Program-made: the position numbers and the translations under genes
Shown here: positions 47,809 through 60,934 of the stretch, in pieces
Position numbering within the stretch: position 1 is the stretch's first letter
Layout of the letters: each line of letters begins with the position of its first letter
Notes under the pieces: model-generated
The model's input: the letters and a program-made list of their open reading frames with translations, nothing else
Told to the model about the DNA's origin: nothing
Database searches by the model: none
DNA from: Octopus bimaculoides
Lineage: Eukaryota
Length of the DNA: 63,598 nucleotides
Assembly (NCBI RefSeq): GCF_001194135.2
Contig: NC_068981.1
Span: forward strand, 148,981,561 to 149,045,158
Direction of reading: 5' to 3'

Positions 47809-49518
47809 GGATCCTTGTGGTTTGAATCACTATCGCCAAAATTTATTTCAGTTGTTTTCAAATTTGGTATATGGATTAAGTATTTTTTTTACTAGTTATG
47901 AAAATGAAAATCATTTTGCCTTTATAATTAAAAAGTTATTAGCCTTCAAAGTGTACTTTAGCCAATCAGAAGTGAATATTTTATACATCACCGTGAAGTT
48001 CAGTTAGCATAATAAGCAAAGAACTCTTGTTTCCATAGTAACCAAGGAGTGTAACCACCACGTGTTCCATAACTGTTTGCAAAGAACTCTTGTTTCCATA
48101 GTAACCAAAGATGCTGCGTATGCGCACAAGGAGTGTAAACACCACGTGTTCCATAATTGTTTGTTTTCATAACAGTAGGAATTCGATTCGAGAACGTATA
48201 GAGATTTTAGAACAGGGACGAGATGGCTTCAATTTTAAACCTTTCCTGTTTGATGGAATTAATAAAGACAGAAGAGGATGCAGCATATTTCTTCCAAGAG
48301 AAAGGAATAATACCAGAAAAGAAGATTTGTAAGAAAGAACATCCCATGGAAAAACAAACAAACAAACAAACAAAAACCAAAACAAAAAGTGGAAATTTGT
48401 ACTGGCGTTGCCAAACGGGGAGGCTGCAAAGTGTCTGTGTCTCTCCGAAAAGATACATGGTTGGAAGGTGGCTCCCTTTCTCGGAGAACAATACTTTCTT
48501 TTTATACGCCCGGGTCAAGGAAATGACCTCAATCTGTTTTCGTACGGAAGAACTGGGTATGAATCCGAGCACAGTTGTTCTTTACAACAATTATTTTCGT
48601 TAGTTGTATGCAGAGGAATTGCTCGGCAACCTAGTTCAAACAGGTGGTCCCGAAAAAATTGTCGAGATAGACGACACAGTGTACTCAAAATGCAAGTACA
48701 ACCGAGAGAGGATGCTATCTGAACAGTGGGTCTTTGGTGGGAGTGTGTCGCAAGACAAGGGAAGTTTTCTTTTACGCTGTACCAAGTCGTAACCGCGAAA
48801 CACTAGAGGACTGCATACGACGCTCAGTTCTTCCAGGAACCACTGTCTTCAGTGACCTGTGGCGAGGTTATAATCAGATCCCAGAAATCGATGACTATGA
48901 TTTCAGACATAAAATTCTGAACCACTGTATTAAATTTATAAACTCAAAAGAAGGACTCACACTCAACAAACTGAGAGTACATGGGCGTCTTTAAAGCGTG
49001 GAAACAAACGCCGATGTGAGATACACCGTTCCATGGTTGACTCTTATCTTTGCGAATTTATGTGGAGAAGGAGATATGAGAGAGCTAATCTATTTTATAT
49101 AATTCTAGAGAGTATTGCAAATTTTCGATCTTGAAGTTTTTAACTAACGTCTGACTAAAGCTATGTTTTGACTGTTATTTCTAGCAACTGCAGTTGGTTT
49201 GCTTGTAGCTTTTATATATTTAATTTGTTCGCGTATGTTTTAATGTTTTTCACTGTTATTTCTAATGTTATAACATGCCGGCGCTCCCCGCCTTCTCGCT
49301 ACTGTGACAGACGATGGATGAAGCAGCGAACGCGCTGTTTTCTGATTGGCTGAAAATTCTGAAAATCATAAAACTTTGAACACCTGTAACATTTTCGCAA
49401 AATTTTTCTGAAATAAATAAACAAATTCTAATTCAGTGTCACAAATTACATCTATATACTACATTAAAAATCTTTTATTAAAGATTTCAATATGCAGTGA
49501 CTCAAACCACGAAGATCC
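47809..49518 (+). mobile_element. Merlin (IS1595/IS1016-like, ISXO2 domain) DNA transposon with both TIRs and degenerate transposase (48223-49134)
   Basis: Motifs IVEIDDTVYSKCKYNR, QWVFGG, VPSRNRETL, PGTTVFSDLWRGY, HTQQTESTW, DSYLCEFMWRR; TIRs ggatccttgtggtttgaatcact (47809-47831) and agtgactcaaaccacgaagatcc (49496-49518), 20/23 matched. Confidence 0.9.
48016..48162 (+). promoter_or_regulatory. Partially duplicated upstream region of the Merlin transposase with two RFX X-box-like motifs (48029-48042, 48092-48105)
   Basis: GTTTCCATAGTAAC occurs twice within a direct duplication offset by 63 bp; CCAAT box near 47960. Function is inferred. Confidence 0.35.
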
Positions 49519-49537
49519 CACTGCATTGATAAATATG

Positions 49538-49644
49538 TTTACAGCACCTAGATTTCCCAAGTGGTCACCCATCTAAGTATTAACTAGGATCGACGTTAAC
49601 TTCGGTGATCGGACGTGAGACGATGTTTTCAACATGATATGGCA
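49538..49644 (-). pseudogene. 5S rRNA-derived pseudogene or relic
   Basis: rc gccatatcatgttgaaaacatc..cgtccgatcaccgaagttaa..cgtcg..tagttaatacttagatgggtgaccacttgggaa..ggtgctgtaa aligns with metazoan 5S rRNA, with substitutions and small deletions. Confidence 0.85.
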
Positions 49645-49939
49645 TAAAAAGAACACGAGTTAATGCGAGTTAATGAAGCAGAGATTGATGGATAAATTGG
49701 TAGATAGATAGATAGATAGACAAAGAGATAGGAATTTAAAAAGAAGTTGTGGGAGATAGAACTAATGTGAATGCGTTTTGCTATGTGATTGTATGCATTT
49801 TTGTGTGTAGTTAATTTTGTATGTTTGTGTGTGTGGATATTTGTATGTGTGCGTGGGGTGAGTGTTTATGTATGTGTGTTTGAATAAAATTTAAAATTTG
49901 CTAATTTGTGTGCGCGTGAGAGTGAGTGTGAGAGAGAGA

Positions 49940-50002
<63 letters not shown>

Positions 50003-50015
50003 ATCGAGTTAGTGA

Positions 50016-50069
50016 GATAGAGTAAGTTTTAGGGATAGAGTAAGTTTTAGGGATAGAGTAAGTTTTAGG
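50016..50069. repeat. 18-bp tandem repeat, three copies
   Basis: gatagagtaagttttagg three times. Confidence 0.95.
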
Positions 50070-50571
50070 GACCGCCATGGTTAGAAACTGAAGGTCAAAC
50101 AGATACATAGACGTAGCGATAGGCGAAAATAGGTAAGTTAAGAAATAAAGAGACAGACAGACAAATAGATTGATAAGATAGATAGATAGATAGATAGATA
50201 GACAGACAGATAGATAGATAGATAGATAGATAGAAAAAGATAGACAGCTAGATATAGAGCGAGCATGTGAGGGAGAAAGAGAGTGCGCAAGATAGTATGT
50301 ACATGTGATTGTTTGCCTATGTGTGTTTTTGTGTGTGAGCGAGAGCGTAAGAGAGAGAGAGAAAGAGAGTGAGAGAGAGAAAGAAAGAGAATGAGAGAAG
50401 AGAAAACGGGTGTTTGTAACTTTAGATAGATAAATTGGGTGGTAGCAAGTAGCCAAGAATGATAGACAGAAAGGGTAAAAAATAGAGAGAGGGAAAGAAA
50501 AAGCCATAGTGGCGGACCAAAAGGCAGAGATAGGTCGGTAGGTAGGTAAGTACAGAGAGAGAGAGGGGGGG

Positions 50572-50613
<42 letters not shown>

Positions 50614-51211
50614 TGTAGAGAAGGGAAGAGAGAGTGGCGGTGGTGATGGAGAAATGAAGTGAGCTGTAGAGAAATGTTAGTTGAGTTTTTTGCTGGTTTT
50701 GTATAGTAAGATCAGGTTTTTTATGTGTCAGAGTGGATTACGCCTGGCACAGGATACTCTCGCGAACCAAGTCGACCTGCACCCCCTCTAACAAGCGTCC
50801 GTCAGTGCAGTCTGGCGCCACGATTCAACGTCTCGTGGCCCTCCTCCAGAGCTTTCGTACCCCTACCACTGCTGTTGCCCCCATTTCTGGAGCCGGCTGG
50901 CGGATTGAGCAAGATTTACTCTTGATATTATGCTCTTGCCGCAGGAATTGAAACAAATCGAATAAAGAGAAGAAAGTTTTTTAGAATTATAATTCCTTCT
51001 ACCAGTTTTCTTAAGCAGAAGGAAAAAAAAAATTAAAAAAGGGGAAAAAGAAGAGGGAGAAGCATAAGGAGAAGAAGAAAAGGAAGAAGAAAAGAAGTAG
51101 AAGAAGAAGATGACGATGATGGTGATGATAATGATGATGAAGAAAATGAAAGAAAGGGAATTAGTAGTAGGAATACCAGCAATAGTAAAAATGCGAATAA
51201 GTAGAAGCAAG

Positions 51212-51253
<42 letters not shown>

Positions 51254-51788
51254 CGACGACGACGACGACGACGACGATGATGACAATGATGATGATAATG
51301 ACGGCAATCTGACGACAACGATGAAGAAGAAGAAGAAGAAGAAGAAGAAGAAGAAGAAGAAAATGGAGAAGTAGGATGAAAAGGGAAGGTGGGAGATGAA
51401 GTAAAAGAGAAAGATAAGAAAGAAGGAAAATTAGTAAAAACAATGTGAAGAAGAAAACAAAGAAAAAATAAAGTAAAAGAAAAAAGACAAAAGAAAGGAG
51501 GATATGGGATAGAAGATAGATGGGGAAAGGGGAATATGCAAAACGAGAAGGATGGTGCTGGAGAAGAAATCAGAAGGTTTAGGAGAAAAGTAAAAAAAAA
51601 AATAATAATAATAATAATAATAATAAATAATAATAATGATAATAGTAATAATAATAATAACAGTGAGGGAAGGAAAAAAGTGATAGAGTTGATGTAGACA
51701 ATAGAAACAGAGATACGACTATATGCGACTGAATAAATAAGTGCAAGAAAAAGAGGAAGCTGGAGAAACATAAGAGAGAGAGAGAACG

Positions 51789-51872
<84 letters not shown>

Positions 51873-52466
51873 AAAAGAGCCGTAGAGACGAAAAGGCAGG
51901 CACCGATAATAGAAGTGGGCTAAAACGACAACCACGACAAGTAAAAAAATGATGCAGAGAGTTTGAGAAATGTATATATATATAATAATAATACAAAGAA
52001 TATATATACATGTATACACACATATATGTACATACTTACATCTACATGTGTATATAGATGCATATCAGGGTACAGGACGTTAGAACAATGAACTACAGAC
52101 AACAGAACGAACACATAGGAAAACGGAAAGCCACTTGGAATATTCCTTCATCAGCTGCCTCTATTCTAACCTGACGTTTCGAAGATAAGGCAGAACGTAC
52201 TCTAGAATAGTCTCTTCCTGAGTAGAACAAACAACAAAAACAATAATTACGACTCTGTCAGAAATATGGTAAACAAAGTAAGGAGGAATTAAAGATTTAA
52301 TGACAAAATCTCACATTTACCAAATGATGCTGTACGATATGCAATATTGTAGTCAATATGGACAGAAATGCATCAACAGGATATGTACGTAACATATGCA
52401 CAAACGTACGCACACATCTCTCTCTCTCCCTATACATATGCGTGTTTGTGTTTGTGTGTGTGTTTG

Positions 52467-52523
<57 letters not shown>

Positions 52524-52524
52524 G

Positions 52525-52656
52525 TCGTGGTTGCGTGGTAAGAAGCTTGCTTTCCAGCCACATAATTCCGGGTCAGTCCCACGGCGTGGCATCTCGGGTG
52601 GGTAAGTCACTTCTACAATATCCTCGGACCGACCAAAGCCTTGTGAGTAGATCTGG
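52525..52656 (+). mobile_element. SINE family A head, cut by a gap
   Basis: gttgcgtggtaagaagcttgctttccagccacataattccgggtcagtccc...ggaccgaccaaagccttgtgagt. Confidence 0.8.
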
Positions 52657-53104
52657 NNNNNNNNNNNNNNNNNNNNNNNNNNNNNNNNNNNNNNNNNNNN
52701 NNNNNNNNNNNNNNNNNNNNNNNNNNNNNNNNNNNNNNNNNNNNNNNNNNNNNNNNNNNNNNNNNNNNNNNNNNNNNNNNNNNNNNNNNNNNNNNNNNNN
52801 NNNNNNNNNNNNNNNNNNNNNNNNNNNNNNNNNNNNNNNNNNNNNNNNNNNNNNNNNNNNNNNNNNNNNNNNNNNNNNNNNNNNNNNNNNNNNNNNNNNN
52901 NNNNNNNNNNNNNNNNNNNNNNNNNNNNNNNNNNNNNNNNNNNNNNNNNNNNNNNNNNNNNNNNNNNNNNNNNNNNNNNNNNNNNNNNNNNNNNNNNNNN
53001 NNNNNNNNNNNNNNNNNNNNNNNNNNNNNNNNNNNNNNNNNNNNNNNNNNNNNNNNNNNNNNNNNNNNNNNNNNNNNNNNNNNNNNNNNNNNNCTAATTT
53101 GTAA

Positions 53105-53652
53105 AGTTTTATATTTTTCATTAATTGACATTTTTATGTTTCAGGTTCTATATGTGGCTGTTTAATCATACCATTTACAAAAGAAGCCGTGGAACTGTTT
53201 GAATTTCAAAGAGGCCGTATTGTAGGTCATTCTGAAGGTGGACATAGCCAGCGTAAAATCGCAGAAAGCCTTGGGATCCCGCTTTCTGCAGTTAATAGAG
53301 CGATTGTGCAATTCACCAGAAGGGGGGAGTAGTCGACATCACCTCGCTCCAGATCAACCAAGGCCCTCTGACAGGACCCTTCTCTTTGCTAAGAGAAGTG
53401 TGGAGGATAATCATCGTTGCAAGACTTTTGACATAGCAGAACAAGTTGATGTCAGTCCCAGAACAGCTGTTAGGTATCTCCACAAACTTGGTTACTATGG
53501 CAGAGCAGCAAGAAGGAAACCATTCCTTCGACCAGCCAACATCAAGCGGAGAATAGCAGTGAAATGGTGGAGAGGCCACTAGCGTTTTGGGACACTATCA
53601 TATTCTCTGATGAATCCAGATGTGTTGTATTTCCTGACAGTGGACAAGTGAA
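53105..53652 (+). mobile_element. Tc1 transposase N-terminal half, interrupted by a SINE
   Basis: [32 protein letters not shown] (HTH), VSPRTAVRYLHKLGYYGRAARRKPFL, WDTIIFSDESR (first D of DDE). Confidence 0.9.
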
Positions 53653-53871
53653 GGCGCATGGCTCAATGGTTAGAGCGTCGAGCTTACGATCGTGAGGTTG
53701 TGAGTTCGAATCCCGGACCGTGCTGCCTATTGTGTTCTTGAGCAAGACACTTTATTTCACGTTGCTCCAGTTCACTCAGCTGTAGAAATGAGTTGCAATG
53801 TCACATGTGCCAAGCCGTATCGGCCTTTGCCTTTCCTTTGGATAACACTGGTGGCGTGGAGAGGGGAGGCC
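53653..53871 (+). mobile_element. tRNA-derived SINE family C
   Basis: A box TGGCTCAATGG and B box GTTCGAATCC in a tRNA-like head, followed by tgtgttcttgagcaagacactttatttcacgttgctccagttcactcagctg. Confidence 0.9.
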
Positions 53872-54114
53872 AGTACTTATCCTATCGCTGTCTTTTGCCG
53901 AACTGATAAGTTATGGGGACGTAAACAGACCAACATCGGTTGTCAAGCGATGGTGAGGGGCTAAACACAGACACAAAGACGCACGCATATAAATAGGCAT
54001 ACATATTCTTTTATTCTCTTATTTGTTTCAGTCATTTGACTGCGTCCTCGTGTTGTTGTTTTTTCATGTTTTTTCTTGCTTGTTCATGTCTGAATCGACT
54101 ATATATACATATAT

Positions 54115-54153
<39 letters not shown>

Positions 54154-54339
54154 NNNNNNNNNNNNNNNNNNNNNNNNNNNNNNNNNNNNNNNNNNNNNNN
54201 NNNNNNNNNNNNNNNNNNNNNNNNNNNNNNNNNNNNNNNNNNNNNNNNNNNNNNNNNNNNNNNNNNNNNNNNNNNNNNNNNNNNNNNNNNNNNNNNNNNN
54301 NNNNNNNNNNNNNNNNNNNNNNNNNNNNNNNNNNNNNNN

Positions 54340-54434
<95 letters not shown>

Positions 54435-54435
<1 letters not shown>

Positions 54436-54598
54436 CAATGGGCTTCTTTCAATTTCTGTCTATCAAATTCACTCACAAGGCTTTGGTTAACCTGGTGCTA
54501 TAGTAGAAGACACTTGCCCAAGGTGTCACACAGTGGGACTTAACCTGGAAGCCTGTAATTGGGAAGCAAGCTTCTTACTGCACAGTTACGCCTGTGCC
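54435..54598 (-). mobile_element. SINE family A head (tail remnants at 53870-54050)
   Basis: caaattcactcacaaggctttgg..gctatagtagaagacacttgcccaaggtgtcacacagtgggact. Confidence 0.85.
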
Positions 54599-54749
54599 TG
54601 ATTCCTCAAGAAAATGTCAATGTTTTCCCTTGGGATTTATTGAGATTTGTTGATTCATATGGCCAAACTTAGATGTACTTGAAACTGAAGTTTTCCAAAT
54701 CAAAAGGGAATATCTGTTGGTATGAGAAGAATTCTGAACATAATTGTTT

Positions 54750-55500
54750 CCCCCCTTCGACGAACCCATTGAGAATAAATAGTACATGCTAATTAACCCA
54801 TAGTCTTGCGTCGTTGCATAGTCTCTGATCTAAATTACGGAACCACTTTATGGAAGATTTTTTTATTTTAAATTGAAATTTGTGTAGCAGTAAACCTGAA
54901 GATTCTAAAGAAACTCTTTCTGAGTCACAACGTTATTGAATGTAAGTTTGCCTATTTATGAGAAATGCCCGCACCAACTGCCAGTTGCAAACGATGATCG
55001 TATCTTTTTGGGATACAAGTATAACTCTTTTGCACAACCTCTGCTATGAAAAGTAATGATGTAGGCTGAGGAAGGGAATCTTTCTCTTCCAACTTGCCAC
55101 AACTTTTTTGAAAAAGACGGACCCTCATGTTTGTAGACATTTTGGCAATTTAAACTTCAGTTCAAAATAGATCAGGTTGGACAATTTTTGTTCCTTTTTG
55201 AATTAGTGGTAAATCTGACATAAGTCTCCTGACAGCCATTCAATGTTCTGTCTAGGGCTTTCAAAGTTCTCTTGTGTATCCCTGTCTATTCATCCCTTAC
55301 AATTATTTGTGCGTAAATCTAAAAGGCACTTGAAAGTAGAGTATGCTTTACGGTTCTCAACAAGAAGTATGGTGACAATACTTGGAGAAGAAACTGCAAC
55401 AATTATGCCTTTATGTTGACGAAATTATCAATCAATGTACTGATAGGGGATACTTATTTACACGAGGAATCAGGAAAGAAAAGTTCAGCTTCTTCGCGGA
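54750..55500 (-). mobile_element. Helitron PIF1-like helicase relic
   Basis: KGIIVAVSSPSIVTILL..RKAYSTFK, LKALDRTL, LSGDLCQI.PLIQKGT and STNMRVRL match Helitron VASSGIAATLL..GRTAHS.FK, LEALDRTL, GDFRQILPV and TNMRV motifs. Confidence 0.75.
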
Positions 55501-55829
55501 TCCTATAAACAATAATAATAAGGTTGAATCTTGTAAAAAATAATAGTGGACCTACTGGATCTATGGTAATTTATATATGATCTCATAGTATTATCATTAT
55601 ATCATATCTTTCTCAAACATTCTGTTGAATTTCAGTGACGTTAGATTGTGATAGGCTGGATTTTGAAGATATTCATTATTTATATTCTCAAGCTTGTTTG
55701 TAATGTCCTCGTCATGTACATTGTATATTATATCTAAGAAAGTTATTTTTTGCAGAATCGCTAAGTTTCGGGGACGTAAACAAAACACTACTGGCTGTCA
55801 AGCAGTGGTGGGGGCCAAACACAAACATA

Positions 55830-56260
55830 ATTAAATGTGACAAGGCTGGCTCTTTGAATTACAAGCACTACTCATTTTTGTCAGATGACAGAACTGGAGG
55901 AACCTCAAATAAAGTGTGTTGCTCAAGGACACAACGTGCTGTTGAGTATCGAACTGATGACCTTACGATTGTGAGCCGAATATCCTAACCTCTTTGCAAG
56001 TGATAAGGCTCATTCCCAAATCATATAAACTCATAGGACAGGTTTTTCCCGTTTTCGTGGCCCTTATATTCCCCACTGGACGTGACGCTGCTCCGTCGCA
56101 GGATGACTCGCTTTTGCCAACTAGTGGACTGCAGCAACGTGAAATGAAGTGTTTTGCTCAAGAACACAACGCATTTCTCGGTCCAGAAACCGAAACCATA
56201 ATTTTTATGATCATAAACCCAACATGCTAACCACTAAGCCATGCGCCTGCACTTGCTGAA
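55830..56260 (-). mobile_element. Two diverged SINE family C-like copies (55830-55990, 56000-56260)
   Basis: aaagtgtgttgctcaaggacacaacg and aagtgttttgctcaagaacacaacg (rc of the family C core); the second ends taaccactaagccatgcgcc. Confidence 0.75.
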
Positions 56261-57634
56261 CCAGGATTAATATGGAATGAACCAGTATTGATAATAACAA
56301 CAACGATATTTTCCTACTGGATTTTAAAAAATAGCCTAAGAATTGAGAGAAATAGAGTTTGTTTTAACTGCCTCGATATTAGGCAACACACCCACAGTGA
56401 ATTTCTGCTGTGGATCAAGTAGAATTGAAAAAAGGAAAATAATCCCTCCCCCAAAATAGCATTGAGTAGAATGTGATTATCACTATGTTGAAATTAATTT
56501 CCTGTGTTATATGCATTTTCAAGAAAAATATACAAACAAAAAACAATGACCTAAATGCTTCGTGAAATGGTTGAGACCAATATTTCACGAACTACTTAAC
56601 TGAGACTTGAAGTCACAATTTCAAGGCATGATATGGTAACATAGGTTCCGTTGAGTTAATCTTATTAATCCACTACCCATCACACACAAACACACACACA
56701 TACACACACACACATACACAAACACACGCACACACACACACACACATACACACACACACGCACACACATACACACAATCTGCTTGTGAATAATTGCGCTT
56801 TACTAGTTATTGCTAGAGAGGAGAAATACCCAAGAAGCAAGAACCATGAATATCGTGGGCCATTTGATTTAATTACTGATTTTTTAGTCATTGGACTTCA
56901 TCCATACTGGGGCAGCCGTCTTGGGATTTTACAAAGAAACGCGAAGCCCTGAACGTGAAGAGACGTAATTAACTAACATACATTTGTTCGATGCACCAAT
57001 TCTGCAAGTCTACTAATACTTGCACACATATCTACACTTACACACATACGTACACACAGACAGACACATACACCTATATGTATAATATATGTAAATATGT
57101 ATGTGTGCATACACACATAAATATATACACATAGATGTGTATATATATGTATGTGCGTGTGTGTGCGTGTGTAAGTGTATGTATGTATATNNNNNNNNNN
57201 TATATATACAGACACAAACACAAACAGACACACATACAGGTATACATATAGACATACACACACATATAAATTTCTATATATGTACTTGTATTTATATATA
57301 AGTATGGATATATAATATGTGTATATACATGTTTTTTGTGTGTTTGTGTGTGTGGGTATGTGTGTGTGTGTGTGTGTGTGCATTTGCGCATGCATGCATA
57401 TATGTGCATGCGTTTGTTTCAGAAACTGTCTCGATATTTGTTTTTTTAGTCAACATCGCTTGAAAAACAGTAGTTTGTGTTCCTATTTCGTAAATTAAAG
57501 GTTGCGCGAAGTAACCAATAAAACGAATCACAAACAAGCATTAGATATCATATGTTCGACTAGGACCCTTCAACTCCGCCCAGTATGGCTGCTATCCATA
57601 GTTAAAACGAGTGAAAGAATAACACACACATGCA

Positions 57635-57685
<51 letters not shown>

Positions 57686-57984
57686 TACATGCACACATAC
57701 AGATGCACACGCACAAACACATATACTATGGACATGGTTCAACAAATGGAGGTAATGAATTCATATGAGAATTATAAATGAAATTTTAAAGTTAATAGAA
57801 TTTTGGCAGCAACTCAAGTTTCATGCTCGTGCAAAATATCTTAGTTCAGTTTAAATCAGTGCTTCTCAACGGGCGGTCCATATGACCCTTTGGAGTCCAT
57901 GTAAGATTTTGCCATTAAAATTTATGCACAATAAATTGGTTAAACTTTTACAATGCACAAAATTTTGTAATAATTCTTTTAGAG

Positions 57985-58345
57985 GCGTGGCTGTATGGAA
58001 AGAAGCTTGCTTCGCAGTCATATGGTTCCGAGTTCAGTGCCGTTGCGTGGCACCTTGGGCAAGTATCTTCTACTATAACCTCGGGCCGGCCGAAGCCTCT
58101 GAGTGGATTTAATTGACGGAAACTGCAAGAAGCTCGTCGTATATATCTGTATATTTATGTGTGTGTCTCTTTGTGTCTGTGTTTGTTCCTACACCATCGC
58201 TTGAGAATAGGTTTTGGTGTGTTTACATCCAAGTAACCTTGTGGTTCGGCAAACGACCAATAGAAAGAGTAAGTCCTGGGGTCGATTTCTTCAAGAGATG
58301 CCCCAGAATGGCCGTAGTCAAATGACTGAAACAAGAAAAAGGATA
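57985..58345 (+). mobile_element. SINE family A, full length
   Basis: ggcgtggctgtatggaaagaagcttgc...gcaccttgggcaagtatcttctactataacctcgggccg...atggccgtagtcaaatgactgaaacaag. Confidence 0.9.
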
Positions 58346-58399
58346 AAAAAATTCCTAATAATATTTAGTTATAAAAATGTTTTAGGATTGTTTTTTGCA

Positions 58400-58590
58400 T
58401 ATCGAATGACTATGAGGGTTCACGTAACAAAAACTGGAATCAAAAGGATCCATAGGTAAAAATGGAAGAGAACCCACTTGTTCAGATAAACGAAGTTCAT
58501 TCGTCTTATGCTTGGATCGGGTCGCGTCAGGAAATGTTCTAAACATAGCTGACAACAATTCATGAGACATTGCGACATTTCAACTTCCAG
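58400..58590 (-). mobile_element. Possible piggyBac transposase relic
   Basis: AMSHELLSAMFRTFPDATRSKHKTNEL loosely recalls the piggyBac MSR.RF..L...RFDD..TR.ERK..DKL region. Confidence 0.3.
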
Positions 58591-58664
58591 CCTTTTTCTC
58601 TTTCACCTACATAACAGGCTGCTATTTACTACTCATGACAAACAACATCCAGATATAGCCACTA

Positions 58665-58710
58665 TGGATAGTCTATAATGGTTCTAACATGAACCATTAT
58701 AGACTATCCA
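58665..58710. repeat. Perfect 20-bp inverted repeat with 6-nt loop
   Basis: tggatagtctataatggttc-taacat-gaaccattatagactatcca. Confidence 0.95.
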
Positions 58711-59295
58711 AATAACTATGGCTAATAATATACCAAAATCTTTTAGACCTTCTTAACGACTGAAGGTAATCTCCCATACGCATACTGTACAGCCAAAATA
58801 TTTCTTGACACTTAACCGAACATTTTGTATATGTGAGTTGTTTCATCAATTTTATACTTCCTTGCAGATACCACATTTTCTTGCGTTATTTTGTGAATTA
58901 CTGCCAGTTACATTTTGTATTATTTTCTGACAATTTGATGAATGAATTCAGAGATTAAGCTTCATATATCCCAAACGAAGGAAAATATTTCATCCGAACA
59001 TGAAACTTGAGTCATCGCTAAGATCCCTTTGAATTATTGGTACATAAAACACACTACACATATATACGCATACACTTACATGCACATACACATACACATA
59101 CATACACGAATAGAATACGAAGTGGATAATGAGATATATTCACAGCCGTTTAAAGTATCACAAGATAAGTTTTAAAAACTGTTTTAATTCCATAAAATTT
59201 ATCACAGGCTTTCTGAAGCCCATCAGCTTGTGTGTGTTGTGTGTGTGCGTGAGGGAGAGAGAGACAGAGAGAGAGAGAGTGTGTGTCTGTGCGCG

Positions 59296-59333
<38 letters not shown>

Positions 59334-59645
59334 TTAATTATTTAATTGCCATGCCAAAAAACGTGCAATAAAAGATTTACTCTTGGCATTAAAATTAAGT
59401 TCCAGCTTGTGTTTAGTATAAATAGCTATTTGAGGTAATTTATTTTCACTGGCAAATGAATGAGGTGGTATTTGTTCTCTGATGGGTGGTCACCAAGCCG
59501 TAAAATATGAGGACAATTTTTTAAAGATTCTTCTTTGTACCAACAGAATAAAATGTATTCACGTGTAAAGTTCCAAAGCAAAAGGCTTAAATCTGTAGTT
59601 TAGTAAAATCTGTCTTAGGTTTCCTAAAATACGTCGTGTTGTATG

Positions 59646-59698
<53 letters not shown>

Positions 59699-60486
59699 GT
59701 TTGTGTGTGTGTGTGTACATATCCAACAGGTTTTTATAGAATATCCATCTGCCAAATTTCATCTACAAGGCTTTCGTATATTCGCAGCTAGAATAGACGA
59801 CTATAACTCAAGACCCTGCGTAGCGTTAGCGAAATCGGAACCTCGTGATTATGAAGTGAACCACTGAAGCCCATGGAGATAAGTGTCATATCTGGAAATT
59901 ACATCTATTAACTTCGCTTGGATACACTCCATTAATGATAACATAAGAGCTATGTTAGTAGAAATAATGTATAACATGTATATAGGCATACCAAATATTA
60001 CATTCCTTAACAGAATAATATCAACTAATTGATAGCGCGCCTGAATGGCGTTACCAGACAAGTTTTGCGGGATAACAGCTAAACAAAAATGTTATGCTTG
60101 AACACACTTATCTTCAGGTGGGCTTCTAAATTGGTTTCGATCTCTGCGTTTGAAACCTATTCCCATTGCAAAACACGTGTCATGAACTGCATACAGAATA
60201 ACATGAGGTACATAGTTTAACTTTTACATCTCTTTAAACTTGTGTGCTTTGTACCGAGATTAGCAAGCAACTTAGAATCACGTGCAGCTTGACAACTGAA
60301 GCTTAGGAGATTTTGAAGTTACTGAATCATACCCTACAGATATAATCCTTATCTCATCTGACAAGACTGATCACATATTTGGAAAAATTAAACTTTTTAA
60401 TGTTATGTTATTCTCTAGAAATTTCACTTACCAGTTTTGTATACATACATGCACACATACATACATACATACATACATACATTCAT

Positions 60487-60577
<91 letters not shown>

Positions 60578-60899
60578 AAGAGAGAGAGGGGGAGACAGGG
60601 AGAGGAGGAGAGAGATTTATATACATGCACAAATACACGCACTCATATAGGCATGAATACGTGCACATATATACGTGTATATATGAGTGTGTGTGTGTAT
60701 ATTTATATATATATATATGTATATATCAAACACTCACATACACACGCACACACACACATATACACACATACATATACACACGTGCTCACATATATGTTTC
60801 TTTAATAATTACGCAGTTACGTGTGCGAAAGAATGTGTAGTGTATATGTGTGCGAGTTGCCGTGTCTGGCTGTGTGTGTGATCAGCACGACAGTATTCC

Positions 60900-60934
<35 letters not shown>

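Noticed and set aside
50863-52023. 386-aa ORF and other long ORFs in the track (e.g. 17074-18225, 41727-42581)
   Set aside because: Made of microsatellites and N gaps; no coding complexity.
52140-52190. Both hammerhead boxes on the minus strand (GAAACGTC then CTGATGA), also at 5835-5885
   Set aside because: Order is permuted and I could not form stem I or a clean stem II; not called as a ribozyme.
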